From positions 2,046,001-2,110,000 of the forward strand of contig NC_027218.1 of NCBI RefSeq assembly GCF_000981445.1: DNA of 64,000 nucleotides. The letters run 5' to 3'. Every line of letters starts with the position of its first letter. Position 1 is the first letter of the stretch. Source of the stretch: Babesia bigemina. Taxonomy: Eukaryota. Made by a program: the position numbers and the translations under genes. Below the pieces are notes generated by a model. That model did not search any database. It was given only the letters and a program-made list of their open reading frames with translations, and was not told the origin of the DNA. Of this stretch, positions 1 to 10,986 are shown piece by piece.

Positions 1-491
1 GCTCGTCAACGCGTTCCAAAAGTGCGAGCACGTCATTCTGATTTTTTCGGGAAACGAAAGCGGAGGGTTCCAGGGGTACGCAAAGATGATGACTCTGCCT
101 ATACCTGGGCTTTACCAGGGCATTTGGGGGAGTTTTCACTCCAGACTAGGTGACAACTTCCGGGTGAAGTGGATCAAGCAGTGCTCAGTGGAGTTCGAGG
201 TGCTCAGGCACGTCACCAACCAGTACAACCAAAATCTGCCTCTCAAGAAGTCTAGAGACGGGACGGAGCTTCCACTGGATGTGGCCGAAACAATATGCAA
301 TACACTATACAACGCACCGGAGGACGATTTGCTGAAAGGTAGTTTCAAACGAACAGTTTTTTCAACTTGTTGCAGGCACGCCGATGGCCACGTGGGAACG
401 CATCGATCACGAGACATACTTCGATGAGCTCAACAACAAGAATTTACTCTATACAACATTTGGCCTGCCATTTACTCCAATCAACAAGTAA
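1..491 (+). CDS. YTH-domain (m6A-reader) protein, 3' part; intron 339-375
   Basis: Frame 2 reads LVNAFQKCEHVILIFSGNESGGFQGYAKM...FRVKWIKQ...TNQYNQNLPLKKSRDGTEL, typical YTH motifs. A 37-nt GT..AG intron (339-375) gives ...LLKGTPMATWERIDHETYFDELNNKNLLYTTFGLPFTPINK* with stop at 489-491. 5' end is outside the window. Confidence 0.85.
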
Positions 492-951
492 TGGGGCGAA
501 AACAGGCGCCATTGCTGGAGATGCCTGTTTGGGATATCGGTTCTCAGAGAGCTCATTTATGTTCTTTCGCTACTACTGTTTTTCTTCTGGAATATATGCA
601 GTAATACAGATTACACGATTCTTAATGTCAGTAAAACAAAAAAATGCGTAGAGTGAAATACGTACCGTGGAGAGACTATTGCAATGTGCCTAGTGTATGC
701 TAGTTGTCTACGTTTTACAACACTATTTGAGGAGGCCCATGAAGCTAACAGCCATTATTGGAAGTTATACGTCTGCATAACGGTGTAGGTTACGTTTGTG
801 AGGTGCTTCTGTGGGTGCGCCAGTTGCATGAGTGTACGGGGCACTATGGCAGTGCATACGCTACCCTAATATAACTCATCAATCCTGCATCACAACCCAT
901 CAAAAGTTAAAATGTACGACCCAAATTCGAATATTAATGTTGAATACCAAG

Positions 952-1110
952 TTATCCCACAGGGTCGTCGCCTTATAGTAATGGCATTTTCTGCCGGTTG
1001 AGTAGCGCTTGGAAAGTGACTATGTTGGAAGCTGATAGCATCAAGTGCAACAGGATGTGGAGTAAGTCAAGGCATCGGGAGAAGGCGTACAACAGGGCAC
1101 ATTGGTTAAT
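952..1110 (-). pseudogene. Degenerate remnant of a ves-like C-terminal tail
   Basis: Minus frame ALLYAFSRCLDLLHILLHLMLSASNIVTFQALLNRQKMPLL*GDDPVG* aligns with the tail of the 3641-8782 protein (LYRLDILHIRSHLIRTKASHRIDVKALLTKGRKMLSL...DEDPIG). Confidence 0.6.
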
Positions 1111-1285
1111 CCCTTTAGATTTGCTAATACGTATCTGATGATATGTTCCGGCATGATACATGAACTTTTTTTCTGTATAGCCGCCGATACACTACTCGGA
1201 AACATTGAATAATACGATATTATTCGAGCAGTGTGGCTTCATTTTATAATATCGTGCGATATTGCGATAATACGAAGTGTCGGAC

Positions 1286-1648
1286 TTAGTTATAAAATGC
1301 GATGCAAAACGGCAATTTGCGGACGATATATGCGCGGACTTGGGCAAAAGGCAAAATGGAAAATATGCATAAATGGAATAGGATGATAAGAGCGATGATG
1401 GAAAGGATGACGCCACTGGAAACGGCGATAACGGTTGCACGGCGTGCACGTTTAATTTGGCAACATGGTCCATCACAATCTTCGTTACATACGATATTAC
1501 AGTCCGCATGGTCACAGGTATAGGTGGTGCTTCTCTGGATACATGTTGCGCAGTAACTGGTACCAGTACATCCTTCACAACAGAAGTTACAGCATTTGCA
1601 ACTTCCATCACACACCGGCTCACATTTACACCTCCCTGCCATCATCAT
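1286..1648 (-). CDS. Small Cys-rich protein with C-terminal TM helix (family member 1)
   Basis: 120 aa; CxC..C..CxCCxxCCxxC..CxxC..C..C..C..C..CC then a hydrophobic helix and FSILPFAQVR; paralogous to 2435-2878 and 10987-11370. Confidence 0.75.
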   Translation of the reverse strand: MMMAGRCKCEPVCDGSCKCCNFCCEGCTGTSYCATCIQRSTTYTCDHADCNIVCNEDCDGPCCQIKRARRATVIAVSSGVILSIIALIILFHLCIFSILPFAQVRAYIVRKLPFCIAFYN

Positions 1649-1824
1649 TTCCCATCAAATGCTCCATAAACCTGTACGGCGACAAACCGCATGCCTTTGC
1701 CCCGAACTGTTACGACGAATAGCCGCCGCTGCGCCTCCAAGAAAAGTCTAGACAACAAAACATACAACGCACCGCCAGGAATACCACAGCCTGGCGGTAC
1801 AAAACATGGATATACGGGTGAGTC

Positions 1825-2110
1825 AGACGCATGTGAACAGTATCTCTGCGTTGGCATGCAGATCAGCCGACGCCAGATGCCCAGTCAGCTCCATCCATCA
1901 CAGACCAACCGACTTGCCAACGCCTCTTATCAGTGTCATCACATTGGTGTTTAAATGAGTGCCTAAGTGAACCACATTAATTAGTTATCGTGCTTCTCAT
2001 TTGCACTATTACCGTCAATGTCACAACCTCGCCATCCATTGGCCATCACGTAGGAGTCCTGGTGACATCCATTTCCCATTGAACCATATTGCTGACACAG
2101 CACTATATAT
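1825..2110 (-). promoter_or_regulatory. Conserved upstream non-coding block of Cys-rich gene 1
   Basis: Aligns by eye with 3045-3320 and 11540-11820 (shared gcatgtg..catgcag..catcacagacc..ttctcatt..catcac). Confidence 0.55.
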
Positions 2111-2434
2111 TAAATCACATAGTAGGGTAATCTCGAGCTGTCACGTTGATGGCCAATCATCCGTCCTCACCTAGAACTGGCCAGGTTGACGTTAGCACGT
2201 GTCACAGGTACCTTATCACTCAGCGTGGCAGGCAACCGACGTCTCGACGCATCGACCGAATTAAGGTTTAAGTTTAGGTCACCACTTTGTTCGGGTGCTT
2301 GGTCATCAGTGCAAGCATTACTCTGCCTACAACATTAAATGTCAGTTGCCAGTTAGGTGATCAGTGAAAGTTTCATTAGCAATGTTTGCGATAAAACGTT
2401 AGACATTATCATTACACGCGATGCAGACGGTTAT

Positions 2435-2878
2435 TTAGCTGCGCAGTAGATACCGCACCTTGTGGAAGGGCCGGACGCGGAAGTAGCTCATGACGCAGAT
2501 GACGAGGATGATGAGTATGATGAAGACGATGATGAGAGCGATGGTGGTAGTGGAAGTGGCGCGACCGGGAGGATAGGGGGCAAGATGTTCACCGGTTTGA
2601 AGACGCTGCGTGCTGGCGGAATGCGCAACACCGGGAGATGGGGGTGCCCGTTTCTTTTCACAACAGTTACATTCACATCCGGAGTTGGTGCAGTTACTAT
2701 ATTTTGTGCCACATGCCGAAGGATGGCATTGTTTTTGAAGTTTACGCGAATGGTAGTATCGCAAACATGATATGCAACGGTTTCCTCTGATACTACTACA
2801 TATAGTACAACACCAGGGACAGCAATGACAGTCCCCGATCACGTTACAGCTAGTATCACAACTACACTCTAGCAACAT
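2435..2878 (-). CDS. Small Cys-rich protein with C-terminal TM helix (family member 2)
   Basis: First in-frame ATG at 2878 (MLLECSCDTSC; the ORF-track start at 2902 is TTG). Same Cys spacing, Pro/Ser linker, TM IALIIVFIILIILVICVM, tail FRVRPFHKVR. Confidence 0.75.
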   Translation of the reverse strand: MLLECSCDTSCNVIGDCHCCPWCCTICSSIRGNRCISCLRYYHSRKLQKQCHPSACGTKYSNCTNSGCECNCCEKKRAPPSPGVAHSASTQRLQTGEHLAPYPPGRATSTTTIALIIVFIILIILVICVMSYFRVRPFHKVRYLLRS

Positions 2879-3044
2879 CTTCCCATAGCCCTTCCCCCTC
2901 AACCTGCACTACCATGAACCACGTACCTCAGCAAGGATACTGAAGCCGTCTCCCATCGCATATACAGTAGCAGCCAGGCAACCGCCATCCAAGGCACAGT
3001 CAGTCACATCACAACTACACAGATATCAAAAGTAAAGTACAACC

Positions 3045-3320
3045 GAGGTAACGCATGTGGACGGTATCCTAGCACAGACATGCAGGTATACCGGTGCCAG
3101 TTGAGCAGTCGACTACATCACAGACCGTACAACGATGCCATTGCTAATTATAACTGTCACCACATTTGAACTTTGATGAGTGCTCATATGAGCTATATTC
3201 CTAGGTTAACGTGCTTCTCATTTACACTGCTGCCATCACTGTCAACCACGCAGTCCATTGGACATCACGTGGGAGACGCAGCTGCATCTATTGCCTAGCA
3301 ACGCACGTGATAGTACCATG
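3045..3320 (-). promoter_or_regulatory. Conserved upstream non-coding block of Cys-rich gene 2
   Basis: 54 bp at 3050-3103 identical to 11546-11599; flanks also homologous. Confidence 0.6.
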
Positions 3321-3640
3321 AAATCCGCTCATAACTGACGGCCTATGTGGCTTACCATGGCCTTCGCCAATTGCCTACGTTGATGGCCTACAACACAGCT
3401 TCACAGTACACTGACACGATGTGTCTATGCAAAGACGTGTATCACGTAACGCACAACTAAACACCCCAGACTGAGTCGTCTCTTAAGTTTGTCACACAAG
3501 TCTGATAATGACTGGAAGTGCTTCAGCGTCGCGATTTTGTGAAATACCATGGTGCCATAGATGCTGCAGAAACACGACTCATCACTAATGCAGCACAACT
3601 TATTGCGATGTGAATGAATACATTACTGCGATAACTACTA

Positions 3641-6600
3641 TTAGAAACTAAGTTGACCAATGGGGTCCTCGTCGAAGTAGTCGACGTCCTTGTAAAGTGA
3701 GAGCATCTTCCGGCCTTTCGTGAGTAAGGCCTTGACGTCGATGCGGTGGGAGGCCTTGGTGCGGATAAGGTGTGACCGGATGTGGAGTATGTCCAGGCGG
3801 TATAGCATCGTGTTGGCGAAGATGAGAAATGCAGCCGACCACAGTGCGACGAGAGCGTACATGAATGGCTCCCGGATGTTGTAGAGGAAATAGTCCATGC
3901 AGGTCATGAGTGATGCGATAGGGCCACCGTTGACAATCTCCTTCAGCTTAGAGATGACATCAGAGCACTTGAGTTGTTGCTGCGATCCCACCTCCGGCGG
4001 CGTGAACCCGTGAGAGTAGAGGAGGGGCAACGCAGTGGAACACAGGTGGAGGGGTTTGCCATCGGAGCATTTATACTTTATCATGTCATTGCACAGTTTT
4101 TGAAGCGACCCCCACAGTCTGTCTGGTAAGTACACCGTCCAGCTGAGGTAGGTGTGGGCGAAGCTCTGGGAGTACAGGGCGTAGGCCCGGTAGGTGATGG
4201 GCGAGCAGTGTGGAGGGCAGTTGTCAGGGTCACTGCCGCAGCCGACCAGTGTGGACAGGGTACGGGGATGGTCATGGTTGTGGTTGGAGTTGGATATGGA
4301 CTTGATAGACTCATGACCACGGATGCCACGGACAGTGTCTAGGTCGGAGGCACCAAGACGGTCCCAGTCGGGGCAGTCGAGATGCGGATTGCGGAGTGAA
4401 TTTCCTAGTGGAAGCAATCCTCCATCAAACGCATCATGAAGTGAATTACCGAAATGGTGGAAGTACGACACAAGCTCCCCGGTGGTGCGCGGCGTACGCC
4501 TAGTGAGGCAGTTGAGGTAGGAGGACAGGGTCACCAATGGATCCTCACCGCCGCAGCTGGGAGTGAGGATGGTGGAAAGGGTGTTGCCAGTCTGTGAGTC
4601 ATTAGACAAATCCTCCTCCTTGAATCCCATCCTGATCCTGCTCTTGCGGCACAGGTTGTACGGGTCGAAGGGGTGGGTGTCGAATGGGCAGTCCCAGCCA
4701 TCAGTCAGGAACGCCTGGAGGGGGGAGTCAGAGGGGGAAACGGAGTGTCCATACTCATGACCCTGCCAACCACCACTTAGTTTATCCCTCTCACACTGCG
4801 CCTTCAGGAACTCCAACTGGTGGCAGCAGGCGTACACGTAGTCCCGCAGCTGGCAGAGGAGACCGGCGGGGTCGGAGGAATAACGAAACTTACCATATTC
4901 TGATTCAAAGTCGAAGGTAGCAAAGGCTTCGAAGTCATTGTTATGCCTAATCTTGTAGATAACGGTGGCTGAGTAGAGGCACGCCTCGGTCAGTTTGGCG
5001 GTGACCATGGAGGCGGTCAACTGGTCGGGATCCCCGGTGACCTTGATGGAATACGGAGACTTAGAGATATCTTTGTTAGATTCAACAAGGATGTTCTTAA
5101 CGTACTTCTCTACAATCCCAGTAAGCCCATGTTGATTCAATCCGACAAACCAGTATAGCATTTCTCGCACGGTTCGCGGCAAGGGCAGCTGGTCTGAGGC
5201 TGGGACTGGGTAGGTAGGTGGTTGAACGGTATCGGTGGAGGAAGTGGAAACGGACCAGGGGTTACGGCAAGTGGGAATGAAGCCTGTGTTTGCAATACCA
5301 TCGGTGGCTGATACAGTAAAGTCAAATGCGTTAGGTTTTTTTTCGTTTGCTGGCATCCACAACTCATTGTATAAGACGGGATTACGAAATTGAACAAGAT
5401 CCTCAATTCTAGTAAGTTTTACATCGGCATCTTCGTGGTCACGATTTTTAGGGGGTATCACTACCTCGAAATGTAAATCTTTCGACGACAATCGTGGTTT
5501 GAGGTTGGTAGTGGGCATGTAATTAGGATTATTATACGCCTGTAGTTTAGGGGCTACATCTATGCCAATGGTGTCCGGGGTTTCGTGAACGGGATCGAGA
5601 ACATCTCTCGGCTGCTGAAAAATCGAGCCAGCTATATTAGTTGGTGGAATTCGTCCGTCTACCTTATATATATCAGGTGGGGGCATCACATTGTCAAAAT
5701 GAACCGCAGGAATTGCCGGAGGGTTGTCGTGTTTGTAGGGTATCACAGTTCCTGTTAGATCAATGTCTGGGGAGAATGGAGAATCGACGAGTTGATGCAT
5801 TGGTTGGTTAAAAGATTGTGTGAATGCGACCGGCGCGCCTATGAGAGAGGTATCAAACGTTGATCGGAAATTCTTATCTTCTTTGGATATATGTTCCGCA
5901 GATTTAATGGCATCTTTTACATTTTGTTCGTGTCGTTTTTGTGATTCTTCGTTACGCTGTTTGTTGAGCTGCTGTAACTTTTCCAGATACGATATTCTGT
6001 CGTTATACTTTCGATCCCTTTGTTGCTTTTCCTCATAATATTGGCGTTCCAGATCTTCCGTTCTTTTTTTAAAATATGAATCACGCAAAGGTTCATCGGC
6101 GATATCCTGGCCGTCAAGAGTGAGATGCTGGGGAGGGTCAGCACCGTCATTACGTCGACCAACGCTTCTTGAATCATATGGTCGGCGCCATTGAAGGCGA
6201 TTTCTATCCGAAGGAACAGGTGAATTTGTGTACTTCGGGAGTGTGGATTGAATTAGATGTGTCGGGAGGGTTGTAGGTGGTTCACGCTCTTTTCGTTGCA
6301 AGGTTGGTTCATCCGCTGCAAATGATTTCATTTGTTTATCCCATATTTCTTCTTGTGTTCGTTGTATGATGCTTTTCATATCATTCTGACGACGTTGTTT
6401 AATTTTGTCTTGATTTTTATAATTCGCCAAGACATCTTTAGGCGGATCAGCCGGATTACAGAATTTAACATCGGGGTTTAGCAATATTTTATCGATAGTA
6501 GGCTCCACACACTGTGTTTTAACTAGATTCACAGATTGAGAATCTGCCGGCTCCGTACCCCTTCCTCCAGCTTCACCTAAACCTTGACCAGAACCCGGAG

Positions 6601-8782
6601 TAGAAGACGTAGTAGTGCCGGAGTTACCATCATGAGTCTCTTGATTACTTTGTTGAGTTGAGTCAGAACCAGACATTTTTCCACCCGGGTCATTAACGCT
6701 GTTGAGACCAGAGGCACCAGATGGCGGAGGGCCTGGAGACGTAACACCTGGTGCCGGGGAATGCGCAGCATCTGTAACAGAAACAGGCTGTTGACCTGGA
6801 GCACTGTCCTGTGAACTCCCATCACCGCCATGTTGAATAACAGAGGGAACAGGGCCTGCAGGAGGAGCCGAAGGAGGGGCTAGAGATGTAGCACCTGGAA
6901 GTTGAGGTTGAACAGGGGCTTGAGGGGCATTAGACTGTGAACCTTGAGGAACACTAGCCGGTGGACCCTTATCCTTACCACCTTTTGAAACAGCGCCAAA
7001 AGACCCCTGACCCGGAGCAGAGGCACCAGATGGCTGAGGGCCTGGAGTTGAATCTCTTGAAGACTGAGGTGAAGCAGGGGCTTGAGTAGCATCAGGCTTT
7101 TGACCTGGAGTAACACCGCCCTGCCCACCCGCACCCCCACCACCGGACTGACTAGGGGAGCCAGGGGCTGCAGGAGCACTGGTGGGAGGGGCTTGAGGTG
7201 AGGTAACAGGCGGAGCTTGAGGCTGAGGCTGTTGAGAATGAACAATATTCTTACTTGGAGATGTTGTAGACCCGGTACTAGAAGGGCCTTGCTTGCCTTC
7301 ATCGCTTTTAGGCCCTGCTGGCCCTGACGCTCCTGCACCACTGGAAGGCAGAGATGAAGCAGAATCCTTGCCTAATGAACCTCGAGCATTTCCTCTACTC
7401 TGACTATTATTTTGATTTGAGGCTACACTATTTTTGCCTCCCGTGTTCTGCCGTCCATTCGCTGCAGTGCCTGTATTTGCAGCTCCGTTGGGTTGTCCAC
7501 CCTGAGGTGACCTAGCTTTTGTTGTTGCGGTAGCTTGCCTTGCCTCACCAGGTTTCGTGGCAGTAGGCTTCCCAGCCTCCGTTTTAGTGGCAGTCGGCTT
7601 CGCCGCCTCAGTTTTAGTGGCGGTCGGCTTCGCGGCCTCGGCTTTGGTGGCCACGGTCTCGGCGCCACATTCAGAACCATCTAAAATTCCTTTCAGCCGT
7701 ATCAACCTGTCTCCAAGCTGGTTGAATCTCTGTAATTTAAGAGTCCAATCACGCGGCAAACCCCTTTTCAAAACGTCCGGTTTACTACCGTCGAAAATGA
7801 ACCCATTTGGGTAGAGGTGATCCTTGGCAAATGGACGCAGTTCAGTGCTGTGTGAATGGATTGATTGAGGTATCATGCCTTTTAATACTTTCTCGGTACT
7901 GGGCAAATGCGCTCTAAACCAGTCGGCGGCTTTTGTAGCAAATTTAACAGGATCTCTAGGTATAAACGCTCTACCGGTAGCAGAAAAACCCTCGCTAATA
8001 AGTGCGTCAATGTGTTGTTTCAGAATTTTACAATGTTCTTTTAAATATTCCCAACATATTTTGCGTCCTGTAAGGCCACTATCTAATGCCGCTTTAAAAG
8101 CCCCACCGTCAGCATCCTTCTCTCCGGCAACCAACACGCAAAATACATTAACCAAAGATACAGTGTTTCCAGTGTTGACGGCATGCCACGGTTTATTCGA
8201 AATTGTCAATGTAACATTTCTAAAATGATCATGCACAGGATTTTTTGTTCTAGTGTCAACTTCCTTATTCAAAATCTTTCTCAGTTCGTTTGCTACTGCA
8301 CGTCCCTCTATATTATTAACCTCATGGACACTGAACCCACCACGAAGAATGTTATTTCCGGTAGTTAGAAAATTGCAAAGCTCGCCTCTCTGCAGCGACT
8401 GTGAAGCCCAATCTCCACCGCCAACATTGCTAAACGCATCATCCACGTGATACTGCAAGTAATATAATGCAGCAAGAAACTTGGGGATGCATCCTAAAAG
8501 CGCGTCAAGAATTTGAGTTTTATCCCTTGTGTTAACATAATTACTCGGTGTAGTAATTTTATTAGATAACAATTTAGTACGTAGAGCGGACACATTATTT
8601 AGGAAATTAACATATTGAGCTTGTAATCGCGGCTTTAAATTTGGCATTTGTGGAAAATAAGGCGTCAACCTTTGTACTAACGCAGTTACCACATTGCTTT
8701 TTTGACCGTTTCGGCCGTTCAACCACTCAAGAAACTGGAAACAGTCCTTAAGGGTGTCCAACTTAACTCCATGCCCTGACAT
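3641..8782 (-). CDS. Large ves/VESA-related variant surface antigen-like protein (paralogue A)
   Basis: Single ORF, likely ATG at 8782 (MSGHGVKLDTLKDCFQFLEWL). Long P/S/G/Q low-complexity centre, Cys/His-rich conserved C-domain (RTPRTTGELVSYFHHFG, YLSWTVYLPDRL), C-terminal TM and YRLDILHIRSHL tail characteristic of Babesia ves-like families. Confidence 0.85.
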   Translation of the reverse strand: MSGHGVKLDTLKDCFQFLEWLNGRNGQKSNVVTALVQRLTPYFPQMPNLKPRLQAQYVNFLNNVSALRTKLLSNKITTPSNYVNTRDKTQILDALLGCIPKFLAALYYLQYHVDDAFSNVGGGDWASQSLQRGELCNFLTTGNNILRGGFSVHEVNNIEGRAVANELRKILNKEVDTRTKNPVHDHFRNVTLTISNKPWHAVNTGNTVSLVNVFCVLVAGEKDADGGAFKAALDSGLTGRKICWEYLKEHCKILKQHIDALISEGFSATGRAFIPRDPVKFATKAADWFRAHLPSTEKVLKGMIPQSIHSHSTELRPFAKDHLYPNGFIFDGSKPDVLKRGLPRDWTLKLQRFNQLGDRLIRLKGILDGSECGAETVATKAEAAKPTATKTEAAKPTATKTEAGKPTATKPGEARQATATTKARSPQGGQPNGAANTGTAANGRQNTGGKNSVASNQNNSQSRGNARGSLGKDSASSLPSSGAGASGPAGPKSDEGKQGPSSTGSTTSPSKNIVHSQQPQPQAPPVTSPQAPPTSAPAAPGSPSQSGGGGAGGQGGVTPGQKPDATQAPASPQSSRDSTPGPQPSGASAPGQGSFGAVSKGGKDKGPPASVPQGSQSNAPQAPVQPQLPGATSLAPPSAPPAGPVPSVIQHGGDGSSQDSAPGQQPVSVTDAAHSPAPGVTSPGPPPSGASGLNSVNDPGGKMSGSDSTQQSNQETHDGNSGTTTSSTPGSGQGLGEAGGRGTEPADSQSVNLVKTQCVEPTIDKILLNPDVKFCNPADPPKDVLANYKNQDKIKQRRQNDMKSIIQRTQEEIWDKQMKSFAADEPTLQRKEREPPTTLPTHLIQSTLPKYTNSPVPSDRNRLQWRRPYDSRSVGRRNDGADPPQHLTLDGQDIADEPLRDSYFKKRTEDLERQYYEEKQQRDRKYNDRISYLEKLQQLNKQRNEESQKRHEQNVKDAIKSAEHISKEDKNFRSTFDTSLIGAPVAFTQSFNQPMHQLVDSPFSPDIDLTGTVIPYKHDNPPAIPAVHFDNVMPPPDIYKVDGRIPPTNIAGSIFQQPRDVLDPVHETPDTIGIDVAPKLQAYNNPNYMPTTNLKPRLSSKDLHFEVVIPPKNRDHEDADVKLTRIEDLVQFRNPVLYNELWMPANEKKPNAFDFTVSATDGIANTGFIPTCRNPWSVSTSSTDTVQPPTYPVPASDQLPLPRTVREMLYWFVGLNQHGLTGIVEKYVKNILVESNKDISKSPYSIKVTGDPDQLTASMVTAKLTEACLYSATVIYKIRHNNDFEAFATFDFESEYGKFRYSSDPAGLLCQLRDYVYACCHQLEFLKAQCERDKLSGGWQGHEYGHSVSPSDSPLQAFLTDGWDCPFDTHPFDPYNLCRKSRIRMGFKEEDLSNDSQTGNTLSTILTPSCGGEDPLVTLSSYLNCLTRRTPRTTGELVSYFHHFGNSLHDAFDGGLLPLGNSLRNPHLDCPDWDRLGASDLDTVRGIRGHESIKSISNSNHNHDHPRTLSTLVGCGSDPDNCPPHCSPITYRAYALYSQSFAHTYLSWTVYLPDRLWGSLQKLCNDMIKYKCSDGKPLHLCSTALPLLYSHGFTPPEVGSQQQLKCSDVISKLKEIVNGGPIASLMTCMDYFLYNIREPFMYALVALWSAAFLIFANTMLYRLDILHIRSHLIRTKASHRIDVKALLTKGRKMLSLYKDVDYFDEDPIGQLSF
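7530..7655 (-). repeat. 30-nt coding tandem repeat (ATKxEAAKPT, about 3-4 units) in ves-like paralogue A
   Basis: ATKAEAAKPT-ATKTEAAKPT-ATKTEAGKPT-ATKPGEARQA in the translation. Confidence 0.85.
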
Positions 8783-10986
8783 CGTTTGAACTTTCAATCA
8801 ATCATCAACCTCAGCTTAACAAACTCTACGGCAAGCGCTAGTATGGTGTCAACCAGGAAACACTAAATGGATCACAACCCTAAGTTGACGCCCATTCCAA
8901 AACACCATATCCACGCCGCTAAGTGCGCTAAGTGAGAAGGCCACAGAGCGCCAAACTGAGTGGCAGAGGTATGTAACGGCGCAAAAACCAAGCGCTACAA
9001 CTTTGGACCGGCAGCCAATCACTTGTCCACTTCGCCTTCGTAGACAACATGAAAGACTGACACGGTACCACCATCCCACCTACCTGAGAAGGGAAGGCGG
9101 TAGGCCTGTGTATTTGGCAAGACTGTAGTGTGACTTACATGAACGGCTGGAGCACAGGGTGGAGCACTGTTTACTCCATGAGGATTCCGGGTGGCATATA
9201 GAATGCCTATCCTCACCCCGTACCGTGACGCCGCTAAGGCGTCTCACATCGGATTTATGCGAACATTAGGGCACCCAAGATGCAGCGTGTCGCTGTCGCC
9301 TGGATAGACACCAGTGCCTCGTTTTAGTATCACCCCAATGACCACTTGAGATTGCAACCATTACCCCCACATTGCCCTGGCCTAACGAGGTGCACATTAT
9401 AAATTGCTGCATCAATCGACGCACGGAGTTATGGGTTTAGAATGAGACATCTGTGTATAATATAGCCATAGCGACAGCCTTGCCCGCCATAACCTCGTCA
9501 TCCACCTTCCTGCAGCATTGCAGCATAATAAAGATGATACTGCCGACTTCAGCTGGCGGCCTAGCTCACTCGTTAATCACGCGATTCAGACGCAGCAGAC
9601 TTGTATTCAATACTGTACTGCTGTTAACACAGAACCTTGCGTGCTGAAATCTCTTCACATCCCGACACTAGTGCTGTCGCATTCCTTATTGAACTTACGG
9701 TTGTAGAGAGTGTTTCACTGACTTGCCACTCACTCCATTTTTCACATCTCAATCATCGTCCTGACACGTAACACCCAATTGTAAATCAGTTGTTGCTTTT
9801 CTCTCGCCCGCATACCACTATGCTGTAAGCTATGTGGAGGCGGCCGGTGACGGGTGGCACCTTGGAACCCGCACTTCAACCTCATCCGTATTACACGACA
9901 AAAGTGTTACGGTACGGTCGATATAGTGCGCTGTTATGATATTATGATCAATTAACGCCATTGCCATATTCCTTCCCAGCGGTGGTCTGGTGTAGGCAAC
10001 CACCGCTACTGTTGTTATCAAGGTTGGTGTAGCTGCTTAAGTGAAGATACGGGTACCATATAACACCACTTATTACGTGGTGGACGCATTGCTGATATTT
10101 TAAGTGGTGAACAAATCTTCTCATGGCTGTATACTACTTTAATCGTTCATGCACTGCAAAAAGCAGAGTCAAGGCAAGGAAAACTCATATACGCAATGCA
10201 CTGGTAAGCACATTTTACCCTCACACCAATTAATGAATAATCGCGACACAAAAAACGCCTCTATTTCAAAAAGGGGAACGATAAACTTTTGTACTCAGGG
10301 TAAGACGCCAAGTGAATACACCAGTTCGCACAAAATTTAAACTGTGATTGAGCGACAAAGTTTCGTATCTCGCCTACACGTTACTGGGATTGGTTGCAGA
10401 TGTGGATTGTGCATGAGGTGGATGCGAAAGACTTCGACTAATGCAAGAAATTATGAGACAAACCTAAAACCTAGTGAGGGATCGAAGATAAATAAGAATT
10501 AGCGGCATGGAAGAATGGTAGATTGCAGGTTGGTGACACATAGAGGCGCTTGTAGCTACGTTAATCAGCGGTTGGTAAATGAGTGACCAGCGGTGTAAGG
10601 TAAAGGAATGTCTGTGGATGTTAGGTTAGGTGGGCTAGGCAGTTACGGCACTACGGCAGCGATTAGAGGTACGATGAAGGCAGTGAGTGTCGTCAAGGCG
10701 CCGATACTTTAGGAGTCTGGTACGCTTACGTACTAGCAGCGTCTAACCGTGACTTTTCGTTCGAGCACGACGTACGCCAGGTCGCTCTGATTATGCCCGT
10801 TTAATTTGCCAATGAGCGTTCGACGATGCATCCCGATGTAATTCGTGAACGTCTATCGGATGCACGATCATGAAACGTTTAATAATACATTTGCATATAA
10901 GCTTTGTGCTGTGGAACCATATTGCTCTGCGATAAGTGCGATAATACAAAGTGTTTGATTTAATTCTAAAATGCAATGCGAAAAGC

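Noticed and set aside
2462..2770. Acidic + strand ORF (DDEDDEYDEDD)
   Set aside because: Antisense shadow of the Ile-rich TM codons of Cys-rich gene 2.
9300..10400. Short ORFs upstream of ves-like paralogue A
   Set aside because: No recognisable motifs or consistent frame; treated as non-coding.
10791..10976. HPIDVHEL as another ves tail remnant
   Set aside because: Only a few matching residues; too weak to call.
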